From a virus (Duplodnaviria; Heunggongvirae; Uroviricota; Caudoviricetes): a DNA stretch of 6,185 bases. A program made the position numbers and the translations under genes. How positions within the stretch are numbered: the stretch's first letter is position 1; each line of letters starts with the position of its first letter. Where the stretch lies: IMG/VR virus record IMGVR_UViG_2778261570_000026; one strand, given 5' to 3'. This document shows positions 1 to 5,774 of this stretch, piece by piece. The notes beneath the pieces are model-generated. The model was not told the DNA's origin and did not search any database. It saw only the letters and a program-made list of their open reading frames with translations.

Positions 1-78
1 AGCACTCTGTTAACCCCGGTTATTGATGAATTAAACGCGGTTATGGAAATACACAACAAGACCCGCGCAGAGGAATAA
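1..78 (+). CDS. Possible 3' end of an upstream ORF (partial; open frame ending at TAA 76-78)
   Basis: Frame 1 is open from the window edge to TAA at 76-78 (…NPVIDELNAVMEIHNKTRAEE*), and all other genes are co-directional. Only 25 codons, so an open frame here is weak evidence by itself. Confidence 0.25.
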   Translation, partial: STLLTPVIDELNAVMEIHNKTRAEE

Positions 79-83
79 AAACC

Positions 84-383
84 ATGAAACAGAAAATTTC
101 TGGCTTTACTGCCAGCGGCCCCGCTCGGCCTGAAATCCACCCCGGCGATATTTTCCGGGATAACTACGGCGGCACGGTAACGATAAAAAGCGTGGCAGGA
201 CGGTGCGTTACTTACCGCCGTGATGGGTACGGCTATGACTGTGTGATGCCTGTTTATCAGTTCCGGCGTGATTTTTCACTGATACAGGCCACACCACGCA
301 AACAGCCCACCAGCAACGCAAAGGCACAGGCAAATATTCAGAAAATGAAAAACATGATTAACGCATTCAGGGGCAAAAAATGA
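84..383 (+). CDS. Hypothetical protein (99 aa), translationally coupled to the replication gene
   Basis: ATG at 84 is preceded by GAGGA at 71-75 (8-nt spacer). The stop TGA (381-383) overlaps the ATG of the next gene (380-382) in an ATGA junction. I recognise no family for the protein. Confidence 0.55.
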   Translation: MKQKISGFTASGPARPEIHPGDIFRDNYGGTVTIKSVAGRCVTYRRDGYGYDCVMPVYQFRRDFSLIQATPRKQPTSNAKAQANIQKMKNMINAFRGKK

Positions 384-1795
384 AACTGGCACCGAACTTA
401 AAAAAACAGCCACACGACAAAATGACCGAAGTCATTATTTTTGCGGGTAGTGATGCCTGGGCGCACGCGAAACAGTGGCAGGAACAGGACGGACGACTTG
501 CTGGCGACAACGTGCCACCTGTATGGCTTGGAGACAGCCAGCTTGACGAACTGGCAGACCTGAAAATCATCGACGATGGTCGCTATTGTGTCCGGCTGTA
601 CAAGGCAGGCCACATCAAGCCGTCAAATATTAATGCCATCGGGCAAAAACTGGCGGCGGCAGGTGTACGGGATGCGAATTATTACCCTGAGGGAATGCAC
701 AGCCAGAAGCTGGAGAACTGGCACGACTACCTGCAACGGATCCGCGAACAGGCAGAGCGCGGGGAAATTCTTACTGACGAGCAATACAGCCAGCGAAAAA
801 CCACGCTACCAATGAGTATTGGATCTGCAGGGTACGACACACAGCTTGATTATGTCGTTAAGGGCGTGATTCCGGCTAATTCATTGTGCAGCACATACGG
901 CGCGAGCGGTTCCTATAAATCGTTCCTCGCGTGTTCCTGGGCGTGTCATGTTGCCACGGGGCGCCACTGGGGAGGCCGCAGGGTTGCGCATGGTTCGGTG
1001 ATGTATGTCGTCGGTGAAGGGGGGATAGGTGTCCCCCGTCGTATCAAGGCATGGGAAATCGTTAATGATAAACGGGTGGAAAATCTGTACCTGGTAAATC
1101 GCCCGATTTTTCCGGCGGTCCCGCTTGATGTTGATGAGATGGTCATCGCTTCCCGTCAGGTTGAACGGGAAACGGGTAAACCGGTACGCATGATTATTCT
1201 GGATACGCTGGCGCGTTGCTTTGGCGGTAATGATGAAAATGACGCGCGGGATATGGGGGCGTTTATCCGTGGATGTGACGAACTGAAACGACGCACAGGG
1301 GCCACGGTACTGGTGGTTCACCATTCCGGCAAGGATGAAACAAAGGGGGCGCGTGGTTCCAGTGCATTTCGTGCATCTCTGGACGCTGAATACCGTATTC
1401 GCCGTGAAGGTGCGGACAGTGAAGCCCTGGTTATCTCCTGCACCAAAATGAAGGATGCGGAGGAACTGAAAGAGGCTGCATATGATTTACGCGTGGTGGA
1501 GCTTTTTACCGACACTGACGGGGAGTTAATCACGTCGCTGGTGGTTGTGGATAAGCCGCGCCCACCTGTTGAACTGGAACGCATCGAGGAAGCCGGGAAC
1601 AAGACGGAGAATCACGCCGCGCTATGGGGCTGTATCCGTTCACGCACACAGCGCGGCGATAAATGCACTATCCCGTTGTTGCGTGATGATATGAAAAAGC
1701 TGGGGTATGAGATGAAACACTTCCGGCGCTGGCTGTACAAGCTGGAAGGTGATGGCGTTATTGCTATTGACGGTGATGACGTGCGCCCACTGTAA
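380..1795 (+). CDS. Replication initiator/helicase-type protein: RepA-like RecA-fold P-loop NTPase (AAA_25-like) with a ~140-aa N-terminal domain
   Basis: 471-aa ORF. C-terminal half carries a P-loop-like segment (TYGASGSYKSF), a Walker-B-like hydrophobic strand ending in Asp (RMIILDTLA) and a VVHHSGKD motif, matching the pattern of RSF1010-RepA/AAA_25-type replicative NTPases in phages and plasmids. An iteron array begins at its stop codon. Family assignment is from motif reading only. Confidence 0.75.
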   Translation: MKLAPNLKKQPHDKMTEVIIFAGSDAWAHAKQWQEQDGRLAGDNVPPVWLGDSQLDELADLKIIDDGRYCVRLYKAGHIKPSNINAIGQKLAAAGVRDANYYPEGMHSQKLENWHDYLQRIREQAERGEILTDEQYSQRKTTLPMSIGSAGYDTQLDYVVKGVIPANSLCSTYGASGSYKSFLACSWACHVATGRHWGGRRVAHGSVMYVVGEGGIGVPRRIKAWEIVNDKRVENLYLVNRPIFPAVPLDVDEMVIASRQVERETGKPVRMIILDTLARCFGGNDENDARDMGAFIRGCDELKRRTGATVLVVHHSGKDETKGARGSSAFRASLDAEYRIRREGADSEALVISCTKMKDAEELKEAAYDLRVVELFTDTDGELITSLVVVDKPRPPVELERIEEAGNKTENHAALWGCIRSRTQRGDKCTIPLLRDDMKKLGYEMKHFRRWLYKLEGDGVIAIDGDDVRPL

Positions 1796-1990
1796 AAAGT
1801 GGGTAGTAAAAGTGGGGAGTGTGGGGAATTTAACAAAATTGAAACGCGATTCCCCACTTTCCCACCTGTATATACCCCAAAAAGTGGGGAGTAAAAAATA
1901 CATTGAAAAACATCACGTTAGAATCACAAAAAAAAGAAGTGGGGAGACGTTGGGTAATTTCAAAAAGTGGGTAGTAAAAGTGGGGAGCAG
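1794..1990. repeat. Iteron-type replication origin (candidate ori)
   Basis: Direct copies of AGTGGG(G/T)AG at 1798-1806, 1811-1819, 1883-1891, 1938-1946, 1966-1974 and 1979-1987, with degenerate copies at 1820-1828 and 1949-1957. One inverted copy (TTCCCCACT) at 1850-1858. A perfect 26-bp direct repeat (AAAAAGTGGGTAGTAAAAGTGGGGAG) at 1794-1819 and 1962-1987 bounds an A-rich stretch (about 1892-1937). Sits in the non-coding gap right after the rep gene. Confidence 0.7.
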
Positions 1991-1996
1991 TGAGGA

Positions 1997-2248
1997 ATGA
2001 CCAGAAAAACCAGAGATAAGACAGCGCCAAAATATCGCGCATTAGACATGACAGAGCACGCCTTAAAGGTGGCAATCAGAACGATAGACCGCCATGCCGG
2101 GGAAGGATACGCGAAAGCACATCCCGAACTGATAAGCGCATTCATGACCACAGCGGCGGCAAACTTTGCCACGCTGACCGAAAGGGAGATTGCCGAAGCG
2201 GAACAGGTGACAACCATCAACGTTAAAACCGGAGAGCATACAGCATGA
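1997..2248 (+). CDS. Hypothetical protein (83 aa), translationally coupled to ssb
   Basis: ATG at 1997 has GGGGAG at 1982-1987 upstream (9-nt spacer). Stop TGA (2246-2248) overlaps the ssb ATG (2245) in an ATGA junction. No recognisable family. Confidence 0.5.
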   Translation: MTRKTRDKTAPKYRALDMTEHALKVAIRTIDRHAGEGYAKAHPELISAFMTTAAANFATLTEREIAEAEQVTTINVKTGEHTA

Positions 2249-2667
2249 CAGCACAGATAGCGGCTTACGGGCGGCTGGTGGCTGACCCGCAGTTAAAGAC
2301 CACCAGCAAGGGAACACAAATGGCGATGGCGAGTATGGCGGTTCCCCTGCCGTGCAGCCAGGCCGATGACGGAACGGCGACGATGTGGTTATCCGTCCTG
2401 GCGTTTGGCAGACAGGCCGACGCACTGGCCAGACACCACAAAGGCGAACTGGTGAGCGTGGCGGGTAACATGCAGGTAAGCCAGTGGACAGGCCAGAACG
2501 GCGAAACGCGGCAGGGCTGGCAGGTTATCGCAGACAGCGTAATCAGTGCGCGAACGGCGCGACCGGGCGGCAAAAAAGGCCAGCAGGGCCAGGCTACTGA
2601 CGCACTGAACAGGGCAAAACAACAGGCGGGAAATGATGCCCCGTACGGGGATAACATATCGTTTTAA
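2245..2667 (+). CDS. ssb: Single-stranded DNA-binding protein (OB-fold SSB family)
   Basis: 140-aa protein that aligns by eye with the E. coli SSB OB-fold: GRLVADPQL vs GNLGQDPEV, WLSVLAFGRQAD vs WHRVVLFGKLAE, KGELVSVAGNMQVSQWTGQNGETRQ vs [24 protein letters not shown]. Short Gly/Gln-rich tail ending in DNISF, resembling the SSB C-terminal DDDIPF tip. Confidence 0.8.
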   Translation: MTAQIAAYGRLVADPQLKTTSKGTQMAMASMAVPLPCSQADDGTATMWLSVLAFGRQADALARHHKGELVSVAGNMQVSQWTGQNGETRQGWQVIADSVISARTARPGGKKGQQGQATDALNRAKQQAGNDAPYGDNISF

Positions 2668-2681
2668 GCAACGAGTGACAG

Positions 2682-2707
2682 AAGCCGGGATTTTTCCCGG
2701 CTTTTTT
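2682..2707 (+). terminator. Rho-independent terminator after ssb
   Basis: Stem AGCCGGGA (2683-2690) pairs with TCCCGGCT (2695-2702) around a TTTT loop, followed by a T-run (2702-2707). Confidence 0.7.
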
Positions 2708-2713
2708 GTGCGC

Positions 2714-2746
2714 AAAAAAATCCCCCGGGATGAGGTTCCGGGGGAT
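2714..2746 (-). terminator. Second hairpin oriented as a minus-strand intrinsic terminator (together with 2682-2707 forms a bidirectional terminator)
   Basis: 9-bp inverted repeat ATCCCCCGG (2720-2728) / CCGGGGGAT (2738-2746). The A7 run at 2714-2720 is a U-run after the stem only when read on the minus strand. Confidence 0.4.
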
Positions 2747-2807
2747 TTCATACCGCTAACGTGATTAATGCTGAATGACTCTGTGGTACAAGGATTAAAA
2801 CCACGGC

Positions 2808-2875
2808 ATGATGATTTCATGATTTGCAATAACAGTCAATTGCATTGCAAAAAATGCAATGATGATTAAAATCAT
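2808..2875 (+). promoter_or_regulatory. Candidate sigma70 promoter of the capsid operon overlapped by operator-like dyads
   Basis: -35 TTGCAA (2845-2850), 16-bp spacer, -10 TAAAAT (2867-2872). Inverted repeat ATTGCATT (2839-2846) / AATGCAAT (2853-2860) spans the -35; palindrome ATGATT-AA-AATCAT (2862-2875) covers the -10. Further TTGCAAT (2824-2830) and ATGATTT copies (2811-2817, 2819-2825) lie upstream. Promoter call is by consensus matching only. Confidence 0.4.
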
Positions 2876-2924
2876 GGCTGACTTTTCGTTATGTTTGTTT
2901 TTTAGTCAAAGAGGAATCTCATTT

Positions 2925-3131
2925 ATGGGAACACAGAAGCCGGGCGGTGTATCCGTGTACATCAGCCCCGATATTATCGCCGCACTTAATGCGCGCTTTG
3001 AGGAGAACGCAGAGGCAGGGAAAAAAGTCGGCCTTGATCCGTTGTGCATGGTGAAGCCGTCAGTCGGCTGGATGGTACGCAGTCATTTACGCGCTGCGCT
3101 TGGCATGAATCAGCCTCATGGGGGTGAGTAA
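2925..3131 (+). CDS. Small protein (68 aa) directly upstream of and coupled to the major capsid gene; function unknown
   Basis: Strong RBS AAAGAGGAA (2909-2917), 7-8 nt before ATG 2925. The ORF-track start at 2859 would place the N-terminus inside the predicted promoter and has no RBS. Stop TAA (3129-3131) overlaps the ATG of the capsid gene (TAATG). Confidence 0.55.
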   Translation: MGTQKPGGVSVYISPDIIAALNARFEENAEAGKKVGLDPLCMVKPSVGWMVRSHLRAALGMNQPHGGE

Positions 3132-4186
3132 TGACAGCGCTGCAACTGGTAAGCACACCAACGCTACTGAAAAATATCGGGCGCGAAGATGTGCCGGAAT
3201 TTAAATTTAATCCGCTCTTTACGACGCTGTTTTTTCCGAATATCGCCACGTTCAGTACGCGAGATATTGCGCTTGATACGCTGGACATTGAAAACGTGGT
3301 CATGAGTCCGTTTTGTTCACCAATGTCAGGCAGTCAGGTTATGCGTGACAAAGGTTTTACAACGAACACTTTCACGCCGGGTTATATGAAGCCCAAACAC
3401 GTTATTGATCCCACTAAAACAATCATGCGCATGGCTGGAGAACAGATCGGCAATGGTCAGTCTTCCCCGGCACTACGCCGCGTAAAAATGGTTCACGACA
3501 GCCAGAAAAAACAGCTTGCTGCCATCAAAGCGCGTGTTGAATGGCTGGCGGTCAATGCCATCACAACAGGCCGTAACGTTATCGAAGGCGAAGGCATTGA
3601 GCGTTATGAAATTGACTGGGGATTACCCGCAACCAATCACATTACACAGGCTGGCGGGAAAGAATGGTCAAAACAGGATGCCGAGACGTTTGATCCGATA
3701 AGCGACATTGAGGCTTACGCTGATTTTTCCGAAGGTACGGTAAATATTATCGTCATGGGTGGCGAAGCCTGGCGTATTTTGCGCTCGTTCCGTCGATTCC
3801 GCGAACTCCTGGACACCCGCCGCGGTTCAAACTCGTCACTTGAACTTGCGCTAAAAGATTTGGGCGGTGTTGTCAGCTTCAAGGGGTATCTCGGTGATGT
3901 GGCGCTCGTGGTTTATTCCGGTCGTTATGACGACGAAAACGGGCAGCAGCAATATTTCCTGAAACAAAACATGATGGTTTTCGGCAATACCGAAAATAAA
4001 GGTCTTGTTGCTTATGGTGCCATCATGGATCAGGACGCGGCACGCGAGGGATTTTCTGAGGGGATGTACTACCCGAAAAATTATATCGTACCGGGCGATC
4101 CGGCGATTGAATACGTGCAGACGCACAGCGCCCCGCAGCCAGTACCCGTGGATATTGGTCGCTTTGTTACCGTCGAAGTGAAATAA
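3131..4186 (+). CDS. Major capsid protein, phage lambda gpE family
   Basis: 351-aa protein with long collinear blocks matching lambda gpE as I remember it: KFKF(N/D)PLF, (E/T)FTPGY(V/M)KPKH, ITQ(S/A)GG(T/K)EWSK, DIEAYA, VNIIV, DTRRGSNS, VS(Y/F)KG, GDVA(I/L)VVYSG, YPKN, GDPA. Length is also close to gpE (341 aa). SD-like GGGGGTGA lies just upstream. Confidence 0.9.
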   Translation: MTALQLVSTPTLLKNIGREDVPEFKFNPLFTTLFFPNIATFSTRDIALDTLDIENVVMSPFCSPMSGSQVMRDKGFTTNTFTPGYMKPKHVIDPTKTIMRMAGEQIGNGQSSPALRRVKMVHDSQKKQLAAIKARVEWLAVNAITTGRNVIEGEGIERYEIDWGLPATNHITQAGGKEWSKQDAETFDPISDIEAYADFSEGTVNIIVMGGEAWRILRSFRRFRELLDTRRGSNSSLELALKDLGGVVSFKGYLGDVALVVYSGRYDDENGQQQYFLKQNMMVFGNTENKGLVAYGAIMDQDAAREGFSEGMYYPKNYIVPGDPAIEYVQTHSAPQPVPVDIGRFVTVEVK

Positions 4187-4196
4187 AGGGGATCGT

Positions 4197-4526
4197 ATGC
4201 CAACACCTTACACGCAATTCCTTTCCGGCACGCAGGAACTGGTCAGCACGCTGGCCTGTTTTGCCAGTGCCGGAGAAATTAAAGCGAGAACTCCGCTGAT
4301 GCAGAACGGCGCGGGCCTGATGGTTGAGTGGGACGGTACACCCGGTAAGGCGGTGTATCTGACCATATCGGACATTAACACGGCCACAAAAAACCGCGCA
4401 CAGGTTTATAAGTGCGGGGTTTTTAATATCGATGAAATTAACTGGCCTGATACAGCGGACACGTTCGAGAAAAAAGTGTCGGCTTTTGTTGGTTCCGGTA
4501 TTTCCGTGCAGCCTTTAGGGCAATAA
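4197..4526 (+). CDS. Head decoration protein, lambda gpD-like
   Basis: 109 aa (lambda gpD is 110). Shares TPLM, WDGT, YK.G.F, WP and KK..AF.G..IS blocks in the same order as gpD. RBS AAGGGGA lies 4 nt before the ATG. Sits immediately downstream of the capsid gene. Confidence 0.7.
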   Translation: MPTPYTQFLSGTQELVSTLACFASAGEIKARTPLMQNGAGLMVEWDGTPGKAVYLTISDINTATKNRAQVYKCGVFNIDEINWPDTADTFEKKVSAFVGSGISVQPLGQ

Positions 4527-4540
4527 TTTTGTGGTGATTT

Positions 4541-4966
4541 ATGACTGAGAAAGCAAATTCAACCAGAGCATTGATCATGGCACTGCCTGAGGCGCAGAAA
4601 TACCCGACGCTTGCGGAAAATCTCGCAAATAATGGCGCATCACTGACAGAAGCCCGAACGGTGCTTACTGCAAAGGCTGAGAGTGATAAACAGCGCATAG
4701 AGGGTATCAAGGCGTTACCGCTGGCATCAAAATACCCTGAGTTCACCAGTAAGCTGATTGAGTGTGGTTCTGAAGTAATGACAGTAACCTATGCACAAAC
4801 GTTACTGGCTGCCGTGGATGCCCAGGCAATGATGCAGGAAAAGAAAACGGCTTTTCTGTTTGATGCGTACATGGAAAAGCACAGCCCGAAATGTGTTGGA
4901 CCAGCAGCCGGTGATGGCAACGCCGGACTGACCGAAGATGAAAAGCTGTTGCTGTCTGTTAAGTAA
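4541..4966 (+). CDS. Hypothetical protein (141 aa) with an internal tandem duplication; last gene of the capsid operon
   Basis: Co-directional, tightly packed after the gpD-like gene and followed by a terminator. Contains two related ~33-aa modules (LPEAQKYPTLAENLANNGASLTEARTVL and LPLASKYPEFTSKLIECGSEVMTVTYAQTLL). No recognisable family. Confidence 0.6.
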   Translation: MTEKANSTRALIMALPEAQKYPTLAENLANNGASLTEARTVLTAKAESDKQRIEGIKALPLASKYPEFTSKLIECGSEVMTVTYAQTLLAAVDAQAMMQEKKTAFLFDAYMEKHSPKCVGPAAGDGNAGLTEDEKLLLSVK

Positions 4967-4980
4967 CTGAAATGAACGTT

Positions 4981-5012
4981 CGCGAGGTTGGCAAGGCCTC
5001 GCGATTTTTTTT
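4981..5012 (+). terminator. Rho-independent terminator closing the capsid operon
   Basis: Stem CGCGAGG (4981-4987) pairs with CCTCGCG (4997-5003) around a 9-nt loop, followed by a T8 run (5005-5012). Confidence 0.7.
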
Positions 5013-5022
5013 GTGTCCGGAA

Positions 5023-5128
5023 CGGTGGTGATCACCCCAATTTTCACGGGTCCTTTCCGGAACCTGAAACACCGGGGGTACGTGTACGCGCAAAAACGCG
5101 CTATTTATGACGCTTTCCGGGAAAGGGT
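5023..5128 (+). repeat. Left copy of an inverted repeat (~100 bp) upstream of the Nu1-like gene
   Basis: Core 5065-5110 equals the reverse complement of 5793-5838 at 40 of 46 positions with no gap, including a perfect 17-mer (5086-5102 = reverse complement of 5801-5817). Weaker similarity extends to about 5023-5128. Contains the palindrome GGTGATCACC (5027-5036) and CTTTCCGG motifs (5053-5060, 5113-5120). Confidence 0.6.
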
Positions 5129-5177
5129 ACACCACCACCACTTGATTAATATTTAATCGCATTATTAAGGTAACGTT

Positions 5178-5618
5178 ATGAATAATAAAGATTGTTTTGT
5201 TAGTCAGCAGGAAATAGCAGAACATTTCAAGGTCAACAGAACCACTATTCGCGCATGGACCAAACAGGGCATGCCGTATCTTGATGCGGATCGCGGAAAG
5301 TCCGGCGGTTATCACATCGGACACACATTATTCTGGTGCATGGGTAAAAGTCATCTTGATGCTATTGAGTACCACGGAGAAACCAGCGCACTGGAAAAGA
5401 TTATGGTTGCCAGGTTGATTTCATCAGAGCGCGACGAGTATTTCAGTGAAGAAACAGAACAGCGATTTGATAATGGTCTGCAGATTTACGGGTACTCGCC
5501 GGAAGATGTGAGCAAGGCACGAAATAAAATGGCTGGCTTTCTGGCTGGGTGGCGTCATGCCGTAGCCGTTCGCCGTGAGCATCTGCAACAATCTGTAGTT
5601 ACAGAGCAGGAAAGCTAA
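5178..5618 (+). CDS. Nu1-like winged-HTH DNA-binding protein: candidate terminase small subunit or packaging-specificity factor
   Basis: 146 aa. The N-terminus (VSQQEIAEHFKVNRTTIRAWTKQGMPYL) closely parallels the lambda Nu1 DNA-binding N-terminus as remembered (KKQLADIFGASIRTIQNWQEQGMPV). The remainder is not recognisably Nu1-like and the protein is shorter than Nu1. No large terminase gene follows. Nu1-like HTHs also occur in small regulators, so the function is uncertain. Confidence 0.55.
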   Translation: MNNKDCFVSQQEIAEHFKVNRTTIRAWTKQGMPYLDADRGKSGGYHIGHTLFWCMGKSHLDAIEYHGETSALEKIMVARLISSERDEYFSEETEQRFDNGLQIYGYSPEDVSKARNKMAGFLAGWRHAVAVRREHLQQSVVTEQES

Positions 5619-5627
5619 TAAGTATGC

Positions 5628-5720
5628 AATACAACAACCGCGTATTTTTGTTAAACCATTTGATTTAATTGGTATTTTTGGAACCATAACATCAAAAAAA
5701 CGTCCTCAGGTTGTTGTATT
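5628..5720. repeat. AT-rich structured non-coding region downstream of the Nu1-like gene
   Basis: 12-bp perfect inverted repeat AATACAACAACC (5628-5639) / GGTTGTTGTATT (5709-5720) brackets two direct repeats GTATTTTTG..AACCAT (5642-5659 and 5672-5687). A third ACAACAACC copy lies at 5768-5776. Confidence 0.45.
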
Positions 5721-5774
5721 TCTTTCAGTTTTCTCTTAGTTATCAAATGGATATAACAAACAATTAAACAACAA

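Noticed and set aside
881-1324. Minus-strand ORF of 147 aa, with other minus-strand ORFs at 398-613, 946-1146, 1318-1602 and 1612-1903
   Set aside because: All lie entirely within or antisense to the well-supported rep gene or the iteron origin, have no convincing RBS and low-complexity Ser/Thr/Arg-rich translations typical of antisense frames.
1794-1990. Possible CRISPR array, given the short direct repeats
   Set aside because: The repeats are 9-12 bp and irregularly spaced, with one inverted copy and no unique spacers of uniform length; this matches iterons, not CRISPR.
1749-2000. Plus-strand ORF of 83 aa spanning the rep 3' end and the iteron array
   Set aside because: It is an open frame created by the repeated iterons (translation repeats KKWVVKVGS twice) and overlaps the rep stop; the region is better explained as the origin.
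2063-2829. Minus-strand ORFs antisense to ssb and the terminator region (2063-2425, 2265-2657, 2389-2829)
   Set aside because: They overlap the strongly supported SSB reading frame or run through both terminator hairpins, and have no start context.
2859-2924. Longer N-terminal extension of the small ORF upstream of the capsid gene (ORF-track start at 2859)
   Set aside because: The extension would begin inside the predicted -10/operator palindrome and has no RBS, whereas ATG 2925 has a strong AAAGAGGAA RBS at ideal spacing.
3516-3701. Small plus-strand ORF (61 aa) and minus-strand ORF 3851-4126 inside the capsid gene
   Set aside because: Embedded in alternative frames of a gene with unambiguous gpE homology.
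5110-5177. Sigma70 promoter immediately upstream of the Nu1-like gene (TTGATT at 5142-5147, TATTAA at 5163-5168)
   Set aside because: The spacer is 15 bp and the -10 would overlap the ribosome-binding region; too weak to call from sequence alone.
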